From assembly GCA_964016885.1 (NCBI GenBank), contig OZ024743.1:228470001-228534000 (forward strand): 64,000 nt of DNA, in the 5' to 3' direction. The stretch comes from Eledone cirrhosa (Eukaryota). The translations under genes were made by a program, and so were the position numbers. Positions 11,561 to 25,222 of the stretch are shown in pieces. The notes below the pieces were generated by a model. The model saw nothing but the letters and a program-made list of their open reading frames with translations, did not search any database and was not told where the DNA came from. Position 1 is the stretch's first letter. Each line of letters opens with the position of its first letter.

Positions 11561-12377
11561 CAGCTATCCTCAAACCTATTTGTTGCCATCCTCAGTACAT
11601 TATCCAATCCATCTAAACACCTTATATATTTTACCTGTCTCCAAACATCCATTGTCATTTCTGTCCCTTTCCAATCCACCTCAACACTTTACTTATTCTA
11701 CTTGTCTCCAAACATCTATTGCTATCTTTCTGTCTCTCTTTCCAATCCCTCTCAACTCTTTACTTATTCTATCAATCTCAGAATCTATTGCTTTCTTCAA
11801 TTCATTGTTAACCCCTACCACAATACCCACCTTCATAAACCTCTATCTCCCTTAGCAACACTATTACAGTCATTACCAAAACACTCACCTCTATTACAAC
11901 AAGCACTGCCACAGCAAACTAAACTTGCTGCTGCTGCTGCCTCTGCCACCACCGCCACCCACCCCTATCATAATGACAACTGTGAATAATATCACAATTC
12001 CTACCTAATTCATTTACTACCAACAGAACACAACATAACATGGTCATTGCAACAAGCCTATGCCTCCAATAATAGAAAATAAAGTATTCCCTTACCTAAT
12101 GCACTGTTCCTCTCCTCCTTCATTCCCCACCAACAACAACCCCTACCATTAACACTCCCTCATCATTACTACTACTACTACCATTATCACAACCACCCTC
12201 TCACCATTACTACTACTGCCACCACTACCTCACCCACACACATCACCATTAACACCAACAGCATTACCATCACCACTAAGACTCCCACTGCTACCATTAA
12301 CCTTCCCACCACCACCACCTCTACCACAGCCGTTAACCCCCACCACCACCACTATGATGACCCAGAGACTGACTCAC

Positions 12378-12460
12378 TCCTTCAAATTTTATCGGATTTT
12401 TCTGTCTCATACTTCATCATCGAGGTGGTTGTCATCGTCACAGGAAGAATCCCTATAAAC
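12378..12460 (-). other. Candidate 83-nt non-coding (UTR or cryptic) exon of a minus-strand gene
   Basis: Minus strand: ttccttattttcgatcaacag|GTTTATAGG...TGAAGGA|gtgagt. A unique, CpG-containing island among simple repeats, with stops in all three frames. Confidence 0.45.
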
Positions 12461-12765
12461 CTGTTGATCGAAAATAAGGAACCAGTTACAGACTAAGGAA
12501 TACGGTATACCTTGTGATGGTGATGGCAGCAGTGGAGATGATAATGGTGTTTCATGATGGGGGTGGTGGGGATGGTTTGGTGAACAAAGTAGATAGAGAG
12601 ACACTAAGCTGTCTGTGGGTATAGGAAGAATGGATATTAGATTGGTTGATAGGGGGATACATATCATCATCATCATCATCATCGTCGTTTAACGTCTATC
12701 TTTCACGCTAGCATGGGTTTAGAATATATATATATATATATATATTACACACACACAGACACATG

Positions 12766-12878
<113 letters not shown>

Positions 12879-13564
12879 CACACACACAGACACATGTATA
12901 TATATATATATATATGTGTGTGTGTATGTATATATACATATATATATATGTATATATATATATATATGTATATAGACATACATATATACATATATTTGTA
13001 AACATAGATGGATAAATTGATAACTAGATAGATAGATAGATGCATGGCTGGATAGATAGAATATATATAAGTAGACAGATTGACAGATGTCAACAAAGCG
13101 ATATAATGAATGAATGAGACAGAGATGGGAGAGAGAAAGAGAGAGAGAGAGATAGTGAGAGAGAGAGATAGTGAGAGAGAGAGGAAAGTAGTTGAACAGA
13201 AAAATAAATAGAAAGAGAAAAATGTATGTATGTATGCTTATATGTGTAGTTGTGTATGCAACTGTATGTATGCATGTATGTGTTTGTGTGTGTATGTATG
13301 CATCTGTGTATGTGTACAATATATATGTGTTTGGGTGTGTGTGCATATAGTGTGCAGATTCATATACAGATACACACCTGCAAACTCACACACACACATA
13401 GGCACATCATTTTAACTGTAACTATTTATAGGAGTAAGAGTCATGAGGCAACATAGAGAAGGAGTTAAGCCTAATAGTTGTGATTTTACATGTGTATATT
13501 TCTGTGTGTGTGTACTTAGTGATATGATTTTATACTTGTAGAAATTGTACATTTACACACACAC

Positions 13565-13612
<48 letters not shown>

Positions 13613-14000
13613 ACAGGGAGAAAGAGACGATTATGAGGAAGAAAAATATATTTTTTCCCTTTTTTTTGTCTCTCTCTCTCTTTTATCTGGGTTAGAAAAT
13701 GATTAAAACGAAATGTTTTACTTTGTGTGAAGTGTTAAGGTATTAGTTGATTTATTTATTATTTAACAATGGCATTTATTTATCTGTTTATATATTTAAT
13801 TATTGTCTATTACTGGTTTCTGCATTTATATGCATTATCAAATGATAGTGAAATGTAATAATGATAAATATAAAGACTAAAATTCAAAGAGGGCTTGATA
13901 AGGATAACTATATATCAAATATATAAGAACCTTAGCGATTCTTTGCTTAAACTTTGTCTGTTATTTTAAGAAATAAATATATATATATATATATATATAT

Positions 14001-16322
14001 CGGGGGAAGAAGAGAACACTATCAAGTGGCCAGAGGGGAAGCTAGGAGACGAGTGTACCTTGCAAGAAGGGAAACAGAGGAAAGAAAGTTCAAGCATGTT
14101 CTACAATGCGAGGACCAAAAGTGTGAGGTGTTCAGGATTGCTAGACAATGTGTCAAGGAAAACCGTGATATTGTCGGGGAGAAGTGTGTCCGTAATGATG
14201 ATGGTATACTTGCCATCACTGATACTGATGAGAAGGTAGCTTGGAAGTGTCACTACGAGAGGCTACTAAATGAGGAGAATAAGTGGGAAAAAGATAGTCT
14301 GCCCCAAATCGATCCAATAGAAGGACGAGCAGTGCAAGTTGAAGGTAGTATAATACGAAAGGCAATCAAAGATATGAAGACAGGCAAAGCAGCTGGGCCT
14401 TCAGAGATAGTTGCTGAAATGCTGAAAGCATCTGGATTGGTGGGACACACTATGGTCTCCCGGATAGTAAACCAAGTCATACAGAATGGCTGGCATAGCA
14501 GCATCATCATTAACTGCTACAAGAGTAAAGGAGATGCCCTAGATAGGGGAAACTATAGAGGCATTAAATTAATTGACCAGATCATGAAGGTCACAGAAAA
14601 AGTTATAGCGCAACTAATCAGAGAGCGAATTGATCTAGATGAAATGCAGTTTGGGTTTGTGTCAGGTAAAAGTACCACAGACACTCTTTTCCTTGTATGA
14701 CAACTACAGGAGAAGTACCTAGTTAAAAGTAAACCCCTATACTTAGCCTTTGACAGAGTCCCCCGCTCCATTATCTGGTGGGCTCTTAGAAAACTAGGTG
14801 TTGATGAATGGCTCGTGAGAGCTATACAAGCCATGTATAAAGAAACAGTCAGCAAGGTTAGAATTAACAACGAATATAGTGAAGAATTTAGCATAAAAGT
14901 CGGTGTTCATCAGGGCTTTGTCCTTAGCCCCTCCTATTTATTATTGCCCTTCAAGCTATAACAGAGGAGTTCAAGACCGGCTGCCCATGAGAACTTCTAT
15001 ACGTAGATGATCTAATGCTCATAGCTGAATCAATGGCTGAACTAGAGAAGAAATTCCAAACTTGGAAGCATGGCCTAGAATCAAAAGGCCTTAAAATTAA
15101 CTTGTCTAAGAATAAAGTCCTAGTATGTAAGAAGGAACATAGGGCACTGGTCTCCTCTGGGAAATGGCCATGCTCAGTGTGTAGGAAAGGAGTAGGCAGA
15201 AACTCCATTTTATGTCCCAAATGCAAAGTATGGGTGCATAAAAGATGTAGTGGGATCACAGGTAAACCAACTAAGAAACATAGATTTTATATGTGGCTGG
15301 TGCTCAGATGCAATAAGTAGTAGCAAGTGCTAGGATACTAGCTCCTTCCATTGCCCAGATGGTTTTATAGAAATAGTGGACACCTGCCATTATCTGGGTG
15401 ACAAAATCAGCAGTGGTGGTGGATGCTCTGAAAGTACAGCAACTAGAGTCAGAACGGGATGGAAAAAGTTCAGAGAGCTTATACCACTATTGGCCGCTAA
15501 AGGTTTCTCCCTAAAAATGAAAGGCAGACTGTAATATGCCTGCATACGAACAGCAATGTTACGTGGCAGTGAGACATTGTGTGCAGAGGATCTGCGCAGA
15601 CTGGAGAGGAACAAAGCTTGCATGCTCCATTGGATGTGTAATAGTAATATACGTGAACGGCAAAGCATAAATGAACTAAGTGAGAAATTAGGAATAAGAG
15701 GGATCAGATGCTGTTTACTCGAGAGAAGATTACGTTGGTATGGTCACGGGATGCGCATGAAAGACGACAGCTGCATAAAAAAGTGCAGGGCGATCATAAT
15801 AGATGGAACCTACGGAGTAGGCTGACCCAGAAAAACCTGGGACGATTTGATAAATTCCGACCTTACACACTTACACCTCTCCAAGACAATGTCACTGGCT
15901 TGAGATCTTTGGCGCTACGCAGTAATACAGAAGACCCGCCTTGCCTAAGTACAAAGCGAAACCTATAGTCAGTAGGGACCTCCTAACCAAAAATACACCC
16001 CATCCCACTGCCCCCACCCCCATCTACACCACCCCTTTGTCTGTAAAGTTATGTTGGTGCCACAACATCCAGTCCTAAATAAATGAGGTCGTGTAGGTGT
16101 CACGACAAAATAAAACACACAGTCCACACTGTAATGTGGCCGTGTAGGTAACACGGTAAAAACCTCCCAGTCCACACTGTAAATGTGGTTGGTGTTAGGA
16201 AGGGCATCCAGCCATAGAAAACCTGCCAGAGCAAGACAACCAATCTTGCCTCACGTGGGACAATTCCCTGTCTAAACTCATGCTAGCATGGAAGATAGAC
16301 GTTAAATGATGATGATGATGAT
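14001..16322 (+). mobile_element. 5'-truncated, frameshifted RTE LINE (family A relative, about 2.3 kb)
   Basis: ORF pieces 13954-14700, 15015-15320 and 15556-15825 align with the family A/B RT and PHD; 3' UTR module and (TGA)n tail present. Confidence 0.92.
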
Positions 16323-16332
16323 ATATATATAT

Positions 16333-16420
16333 AAATTATAAATATAAGCTATCGCTGTATTTTGACTAAAGAAATTAATTTCTTTAGTCAAAATACGGCG
16401 AAAGCTTATATTTATAATTT
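16333..16420. repeat. 88-bp loopless palindrome
   Basis: aaattataaatataagctatcgctgtattttgactaaagaaatt|aatttctttagtcaaaatacggcgaaagcttatatttataattt, 2 mismatches. Confidence 0.95.
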
Positions 16421-16837
16421 CAAACTCGCTTGCTCTTTTGAAAATATTCTTACTTGATATACATATATATATATGTATGTATATATAAAATATATATATG
16501 AATGTGTGGATACAGAGAGAGAGAGAGAGATAGATTAGGAGTGCTCATCATGTATGAGCAGGTATGTAGATAACTCCTGAAAGTGTGTTAAGGATTCTAC
16601 AATGAGACACACACATAGGATAATACTAAACACACCTTTTACTTTCTTAGTAAATTTTGCATTGTTGTATATTTTGGTATAGATTCCTTTATTCCTTTAT
16701 CCCAGTATAGCTGGGGCAACACCTTAAAGGGATGTAGTTGATTATTTTGACAACAGTACTTATTTTGTTGCTTCATCTTTTGTAGGACTGAAAAGCTACA
16801 GGACAGAAACAAGGCTAGGTTTGAACATAGACAGTCT

Positions 16838-17965
16838 ATACATACACACACACATATACATACAAATATATATAGAGAAATACATGTATGCACACACATA
16901 CATACACACATATATAGAGACATGCATGCACACACATGCATGCACACACATGCATACATATATATATATAGAGAGAGACATGTATGCACATACATACACA
17001 CACATATAGAGATAGACATGTATTGCACATAATACATACACATGTATATATAGAGAGACATGTATGCATACACATACATACACACATATATAGAGAGACA
17101 TGTATGCATACACATACATACACATATGTAGAGAGACATGTATGCACACATATATAGAGAGACATGTATGCACATACATGCATACACATATATATATAGA
17201 GACATGTATGCATACACATACATACACACATAGAGTGAGAGACATGAATGCACACACATACATACATATATATATACATATATATAGAGACATGTATTGC
17301 ACATACATACATACACACATAGAGAGACATGTATGTGCATACATACATACACATATATATAGAGAGACATGTATGCACACACACACATACACACATATAG
17401 AGAGAGACAGGAATGCACATACATACATACACACACATATAGAGAGAGACATGTATTGCACATACATACACACATATATATATAGAGAGACATTTATCCA
17501 CATACATACATATACACATATATAGAGAGAGACATGTACTGCACATACATACATACACACATATATATAGAGAGAGACATGTAATGCACATACATACATA
17601 CACACATATATATATATAGAAACATTTATCCACATACATACATATACACATATATAGAGAGAGACATGTAATGCACATACATACATACACACATATATAT
17701 ATATATAGAGAGAGACATGTAATGCACATACATACATACACACATATATATAGAGAGACATTTATCCACATACATACATATACACATATATAGAGAGAGA
17801 CATGTAATGCACATACATACATACACACATATATATATAGAGAGACATGTATGCACATACATACATACACACATATATATAAAGAGACATGTATGCACAT
17901 ACATACATACACACACATATATAGAGAGAGACATATATGCACATATACATACACATATATACACA
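16838..17965. repeat. Compound minisatellite, ~30-42-bp unit (gagacatgtatgcacatacatacacacatatata)
   Basis: Many consecutive units built from short dinucleotide runs, with acatttatcc variant units at 17490, 17622 and 17758. Confidence 0.9.
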
Positions 17966-18484
17966 CGCAAACACACAGCAGATTTTAGCAGTTTTTGTGG
18001 AGCTCATGTCATTCACAACAATCTTATTAAATCCAGACTATAGTAAAAGACACCTGCTTAAGGTGCCACCAGTTTGAGTGAACCCCAAACCCTGTGATTT
18101 TAAAACATACTCCTTAACCACACAGCTGTGCCTGCATATATAACATTATACATTTAAGGGATTATAAACGTAAACTAGGTATATGATGACTAAACAGCAC
18201 AAAAAAATGATATGCTCATACACACATGCTGACAGAAACACACACGCACACACAAACATGTATATATAATACTGATGTGTAAAGTATCACATATATCAGC
18301 ACAAAATGCATCTGCTACTAATGTGTTTTAAACAAGTGCATTTATGCATAACTTTGATTTTGTGAGAAGATTTTGTGTGCTCATATACATGTATATTTGT
18401 ATATATGTCCATGTGCATGTATTAATATATACAGATATACAGACACCTGCACACACATGTACAGACATACATGTGTGTTTATAA

Positions 18485-18537
<53 letters not shown>

Positions 18538-18845
18538 CAAACACAGACATAATATATATATATATAATATATATAATATATATATATATATAATATATAT
18601 AATATATATATATATATACATACATATATATATAATATATATTTATATATATATATACATATATATATACATATATATATATATGTATATATATGTATAT
18701 ATATATACATATATATATATATACATATATATACATATATATATATATATACATATATATACATATATATACATATATATATATATATACACACACATAC
18801 AAACACATATACACAGACATTTTATATATATATATAGAGAGAGAG

Positions 18846-18923
<78 letters not shown>

Positions 18924-18971
18924 CATTGGTATATACTTGTTTTATCACATATGTTAGGAATATAGATCACA

Positions 18972-19950
18972 GTAGACACTAACCTCTCTAAAGCTAACTT
19001 CCTAGATACAAACCTCGATCTAACTACAGGTTCTTACATGCATATCCTTAAGACAGATGAAAAGTTGAAATACTTTAACATAGGTTTGTGCCTCCACTAC
19101 CATCCCTTAGATATCCAATTTATTATCCACTAAGGAAATATTTAATAAGACAGCCTCCTGTTACAATAGAAACCTCCTAGATAGCAGCTTCAAAGATGAG
19201 ATACAGCATATACCCAACCCTTCCCCCACAAAACAGCTCTAGGAATAGACCTAAGAAAATTATCTGCTTCACATCCCCTTTCTCTCTAAATGTAAATCTA
19301 ATGTAGGCAAAAACTTCTTTGAATTTCTAGACAAACATTTCCCCAAAAGCACAATATAGTAGGATCTTCAATAGGCACTCCATAACAATCAGTCATTCCT
19401 GTGGGCCTTCTATTATAATTGTAAGACATAACCTGGATTATCATGCAATATAAAGGATGAATACTTTCTGCAACAGGTTTGAAACAACGTTGGTGCTATA
19501 TGAAGCAGAAGTTACACCCGAGAACATCAACCAAGCCATGGTAAAAAAATATGTATATGGGTTGGTGCAAGACAAGTTTAGACAAAGATTATACTAGTGT
19601 GTTTCGACCTTCAGACACCCTGAAATGAAAACAGTGACTGTCTTTATGAAACATGTATGGAAATCAAAAGTCAAGTGTATACCCCATTAATAAAATAGAG
19701 AATACCAGAAAATCACAGTTCATATGCCAATGGATTAAAGAAGTGCAAGCTTTGTACCAGTGAGAAAAACAATACTCCATGGTGTTAAATCTTTTAAGGA
19801 ATACTCCAAAGTGAGATTTTCAGGAGCTGTTCACATTTTAAAAAACATTCTTTTTGTGGAAACACCAACACCTAGGCTTGTTATGCACAGCTAAATATAC
19901 AAAACATAGTTTAGAAATACCTGATGATCTCAGAGTCCCACATAACATAT
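18972..19950 (+). mobile_element. Degraded Penelope-like element (RT thumb plus GIY-YIG endonuclease), Naiad/Chlamys-like
   Basis: Translated fragments: [102 protein letters not shown] remnant at 19921. Confidence 0.8.
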
Positions 19951-20049
19951 TATTACAATATCTTTACTCTTTACTTAACACTTTACTTTTCTCTTTACAC
20001 TGGTTTGAGTATTTCAAGACTGGTTTGACTTACATTATCTCTCTAATAA

Positions 20050-20234
20050 GGTGAATTGGCAGTATCGGTAGAGGGTTGGACGCCATGCTTTCTAGCATAG
20101 TTACGTCCCTTTACAGTCTGAGTTCAAATCCCGCCGAGGTTAACTTTGCCTTTCATCCTTACGGGGTCGATAAAATAAAGTACCAGTAACACACTGGGTA
20201 ATTGCTGGCCTTGTGCCTAACGTAGAAACAATTA
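20050..20234 (+). mobile_element. Nin/Deu-domain tRNA SINE (family S2) with a 16-bp target-site duplication
   Basis: B box gagttcaaatcc; gcctttcatccttacggggtcgataaaataaagtacc domain; attatctctctaataa at 20034-20049 and 20231-20246. Confidence 0.88.
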
Positions 20235-20583
20235 TCTCTCTAATAACGAACATAACACTTATATAATAACCTGTCACTTTATCTATCTTATATTTTCTCC
20301 TTCACACCTACTCTCAATGTAAATTTAGGATTTAAATATTAACTTATTTTCATAGCTATTTTCTAAAACCATGTTATTGCAATCAAAGAATTACCTCACC
20401 TATACCAATTATACTAATTATTGTGGCACCTTATATTGGATCCTTTAGCCAAATCTCATTTGTCCATTTGCTACACATTTACTTGATAATATGTTTGGCA
20501 AACATAGCTTGTGCTTATGCAAGAGTGATAGACCATGAAAACTTTGGTTGTGCAATGAACTTTTGTGTGTATGAATCATACTG

Positions 20584-20636
<53 letters not shown>

Positions 20637-21315
20637 TGGATAAGTATCATGTATATATATATATATGTGTGTGTGTGTATACAGATTCATAAACACATAC
20701 ATACCTGCAGAGTCACATGTGCAAACATGTAAATTTAAATGTCTAAATAAATGCATGTAAGTTATACACAGTTGTGGGTATGAATTCATTTGTTTTGCGT
20801 TTGTATGGTAGTTTGTCCTTATGTGCACGTTTAATGTGGATGTGTGCATATTTGAGTGCATGCTTAATGCATGTTCACACACGCGGGTGTATTATGTATG
20901 AGTGCATGAGTCAGTAAATGTGTGTGTGTGTGACTGTGTGTCTGTGTGATTGTGTGTGTATGTAGATATAAGCATAGAATCTGTTTGGTGATAAGAATCA
21001 CTCCAACATTTTTAGAAATCTCCCTGATAGTGATTGCGTAAAAAACTGAGAATATGTATTCATGTATGTATATATGTGGGTATGTATGTATATATACATA
21101 CATACCCACATATATACATAAATACATACATGGGCATATGTATATCCATGCATACATACATACATACACATATGCTTATATATATATATATATATATATA
21201 TATACAAATACACACATATACAGGTAACATTAATGTACAAATATACATATATACATACATTGGAACATATATGCATGCATATATACATATATGTTTACAT
21301 GCATTAATGTTACCC

Positions 21316-21348
<33 letters not shown>

Positions 21349-21672
21349 AGCATATGTGTATGTATGTATGCATGCATATACATATGCCCATGTATGTATT
21401 TATGTATATGTATGAGTATGTATATATGCATGTATACTTACATGTACATATGTAAGTGTGTATGTATGCATCTAAGTATGTGTGAGGATGTATATTTGTT
21501 AGTATATATGTGTGCCTGTATGTATGCATTAATTTATGTGACTATGCATGCATGTATCTGAATGTGCTTGCATTTATATTACGTCTGTGTGTTTCTCACC
21601 AACCCATTATCTCTGTATGTATGTGTGCATATATATGTATCTGCATAGGAGTGTGTATATATACATATATGA

Positions 21673-21704
<32 letters not shown>

Positions 21705-21899
21705 GTTTGTGTGTGTGGTTGTATGTGTGTGTATGTGTATATGGGTGTCCATCAGTAGTCCATGTTGTTGACACTATGAAAGGTGCCAGGATGAGTCAGC
21801 AAGCATGCAAGTCTTTAGAAATGGATTAACCCTGAAGGTGTCTTCTGCATGGTAAGGTACACACACATTTGACAGCCAGTGGGAATGGAGAGGTGGGCA

Positions 21900-22420
21900 A
21901 GGAGAGGTGATTGAAGAAAGAGGGAGAGGGAGAGAGAAATGAGGGATATCAGGAGTAGGGGGTCTGTGTATTTGAGAAAGAGAGATATAGGGAGGAAAAA
22001 AGAAACAAGAAGATAATATGGGAGATAGGGATATAGACAGAGAAAATAAGAGGAGTGAGGGAGAAAGAGAGTGAAAAGGGAGCACCAGCTGTCTATAAGT
22101 ATAAGAGAGATGCAGATGATAGATGAGAGAAAGATGAAGAAAGAATAAAAGAAAGAAAGGGTAATAAATTGAGAGAGAGAGATAGTCAGAGAGAGAGATA
22201 AAGAGGGAGATAAAGAGAGACAGATAGAGATAGAAAGACATACAGAAAGATCGAAAGAGAGAGAGAGAAAGACATACAGAAAGATTGAAAGAGAGAGAGA
22301 GAAAGACATACAGAAAGATTAAAAGAGAGAGATAGAGAGGGAGACAGAGAGATAGAGAGAGAAAGACATACAGAATGATTGAAAGAGAGAGTGAGAGAGA
22401 GGGATTGAGAGTGATGGCAA
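21900..22420. repeat. GA-rich polypurine tract with a ~32-bp tandem unit (gaaagagagagagaaagacatacagaaagatt)
   Basis: Direct reading. Confidence 0.85.
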
Positions 22421-23385
22421 ACAAGAAGATTAGAAAGTGTTGAATTCTGGTGCCAAGAAAGGCGCCAAATGATGGAGACAACATTTTGAATAACAGACAC
22501 AAGGAAACAAGTGGAGATGGAGACATCTACCCATCCACTCAGTCAGCCATCCACCCTTACTGAACAAGAAGAGAGTGACTGGGAAGGGAAGGGTGGAGGT
22601 TAGGCGAAATCAAAAAAATATTTGAAAAGAAAAAAACCCATGCAGAAATGCATTTGAAAAACACAAAAATAGTATATAAAAAGAAGTAAAAAGAAATATA
22701 ACAAAAAATAGAAACCTTAATAAAAAAAAAATCAATAAGTCGTAAAATGATAGAGAGGAAAAGACAATGTGATTACGTAACTAGGAGACACACAGAGAAA
22801 ACCAGCACACACACACACTATGTGTGTGTTTGTGTATGTATGTATATAATAAACGTCTGTTTGTGTGTGTATGTATATAATAAACGTCTGTTTTAAAGGA
22901 TTTGAAAATGAAAAAAAGAGAGAGGGAGACCAAGAAAATTTAGGGAATTCTGAGAAATGAGATTAGTTATCAGCTAAACTATGTAACACAGTGTGTGTGT
23001 GAGTCACAGAGACGTATAGGGAGGCACAGTGGTATGTATACCTGGTGCACTGCCACTAGATGCTCAGTGTCATCTAAATGGCACTGTGACATAAATGAGA
23101 AGGCACCGTGACTTTGAGATTCAGTGAAACTATCAATCATCCAGGTAAACATATCCACAAGCCACAGTCTCAGTCTATAGGGCTCACAATAGGTACCACA
23201 CAGAAAGTAGAGATAGATCCCGGCTGTAGGAATATAACAGTTCCATCTACCTGACCCTTGTGTATCTCATTTTAATTATAATCTCCTATAACAGAATACC
23301 ATTCAAATGTTTGTGTGTGTGTGAGTGAGTGTGTATGTCTGTATTAAAAAAGTGTTTAAAATATTTTGACATTAACTGAATGAGT

Positions 23386-23701
23386 ACTTGGAGTGTAGTC
23401 TGCGACTTGGAGTGTAGTCTGCGACTTGGAGTGTAATGTGCGACTTGGAGTGTAGTCTGCGACTTGGAGTGTAGTCTGTGACTTGGAGTGTAGTCTGCGA
23501 CTTGGAGTGTAGTCTGCGACTTGGAGTGTAGTCTGCGACTTGGAGTGTAGTCTGCGACTTGGAGTATAGTCTGCGACTTGGAGTATAGTCTGCGACTTGG
23601 AGTATAGTCTGCGACTTGGAGTGTAGTCTGCGACTTGGAGTGTAGTCTGCGACTTGGAGTGTAATGTACGACTTGGAGTGTAATGTACGACTTGAAGTGT
23701 A
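23386..23701. repeat. 19-bp minisatellite (cgacttggagtgtagtctg), about 16-17 copies
   Basis: Head-to-tail units with no spacers. Confidence 0.97.
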
Positions 23702-23817
23702 AATTTTGTTTTTTTAGTAGAAAATTGGCAATGAATTTAAAGTTTCAGATCTGTCACTTCATACATACATACAAATACATTGGCATACACACACTCACAC
23801 ATAGATATGTGTGCGTA

Positions 23818-23861
<44 letters not shown>

Positions 23862-24023
23862 TATGTATGTTTATATATATATGTGTGTGTGTGTGTGTGT
23901 CCATGTTTATGTCCATTTTGTGTTTACATTCTAGAACTGAAATATAAAGTCTATAAGATCAAGTAAAAATGTGATGCCAAAGCATGGTCACAGTTTAATG
24001 ATTGAAACTACTAGAAAGATAAA

Positions 24024-24054
<31 letters not shown>

Positions 24055-25128
24055 GTAGAGAGAGTCAGGTATGCTGAATCCTCAAGCTGAAACAACTTGG
24101 CACCGCAGTTGGGATTTTATCTGCATCTCCCCTTGCATTAAGTACACCCATGATTAGTGGTCTCCCGGTCTCAGCACCACAGACTCTCTCTCTCTCTCTC
24201 TCTCTGTATATATATATATACATGTTTATGTATACACTTATACACAGTCTTATACATAAAAGTATTATTTATTGCGGTTGTTGGTAGGTGTAGATGTTTT
24301 TAAAAGGCAGAATCAATGTAATTTTTTTCCTATTTATTTTATTCTTTACTACTCTTATTTTTGTTCGTTTCACTTCATGCTAGCATGAGCTAGATGATTA
24401 TGCAAATTAGGATATTTGCGACATTTGCTTAAGCATGTGTGTGCTTTATAGTCTGGTGAACTTCCTACATGACACCACCCAATCATTCTATAGTTTCAAG
24501 TTACAAGCTTGTTGATCAATAGGCCAACACTTTCCTTTAACCCTCACAACTAGACAAATAACAGTAAAGGGATTTACTTTAAGAGTAATTATTCAAGGGA
24601 CATGGAACATAACATTTGTGATATCAGGTCACATGTACTTCTCATTCTCCATTGTCAAAAAAAAAAAAAGCTATAACTTCATGTCAATATATTACAAAGA
24701 TAAAGAATCTCTGTTTTTTTGTATTGTTTTTGGTCTCAGCTAAAAATTCATTTAGGTATGAAGGTAAGGAGATACGTGTGTATGTATGTGTGCATGCATG
24801 TATGTATGTAGGTAGGTATGCATGTATGTTTGTATTTATGTAGGTAGGTAGGAAGCTAGGTATGCATGTATGTATGGATGGATGGATGGATGCATCCAGT
24901 AGTGAGTAACCACCATCATCATCCTCATTAAGGAATTCTCTTTCCAGCCATGTGGTTTGTTATGGGCCCAGTTCTACTACCTAAGTTGTCTTTTACTGTA
25001 GCTGCAAGATGGCCAATGCCTTGTGAGTGAAATTTGGTAAATGGAAACTATGTAGATGGCTGGATTGTGTGTGTGTGTGTGTGACATATGTGCATATATA
25101 TCTAAGTATGTGCATATGTATGCATGAA

Positions 25129-25222
<94 letters not shown>

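Noticed and set aside
13800-13850. Degenerate hammerhead on the minus strand (ttgataa-tgcat-ataa-atgca-gaaaccagta)
   Set aside because: Two core substitutions and no convincing stem I; at best a dead relic.
23041-23290. Possible minus-strand exon in unique sequence
   Set aside because: Weak splice signals and no recognisable reading frame.
23386-23701. Regular short repeats resembling a CRISPR array
   Set aside because: No unique spacers, no cas genes, eukaryotic context; a plain minisatellite.
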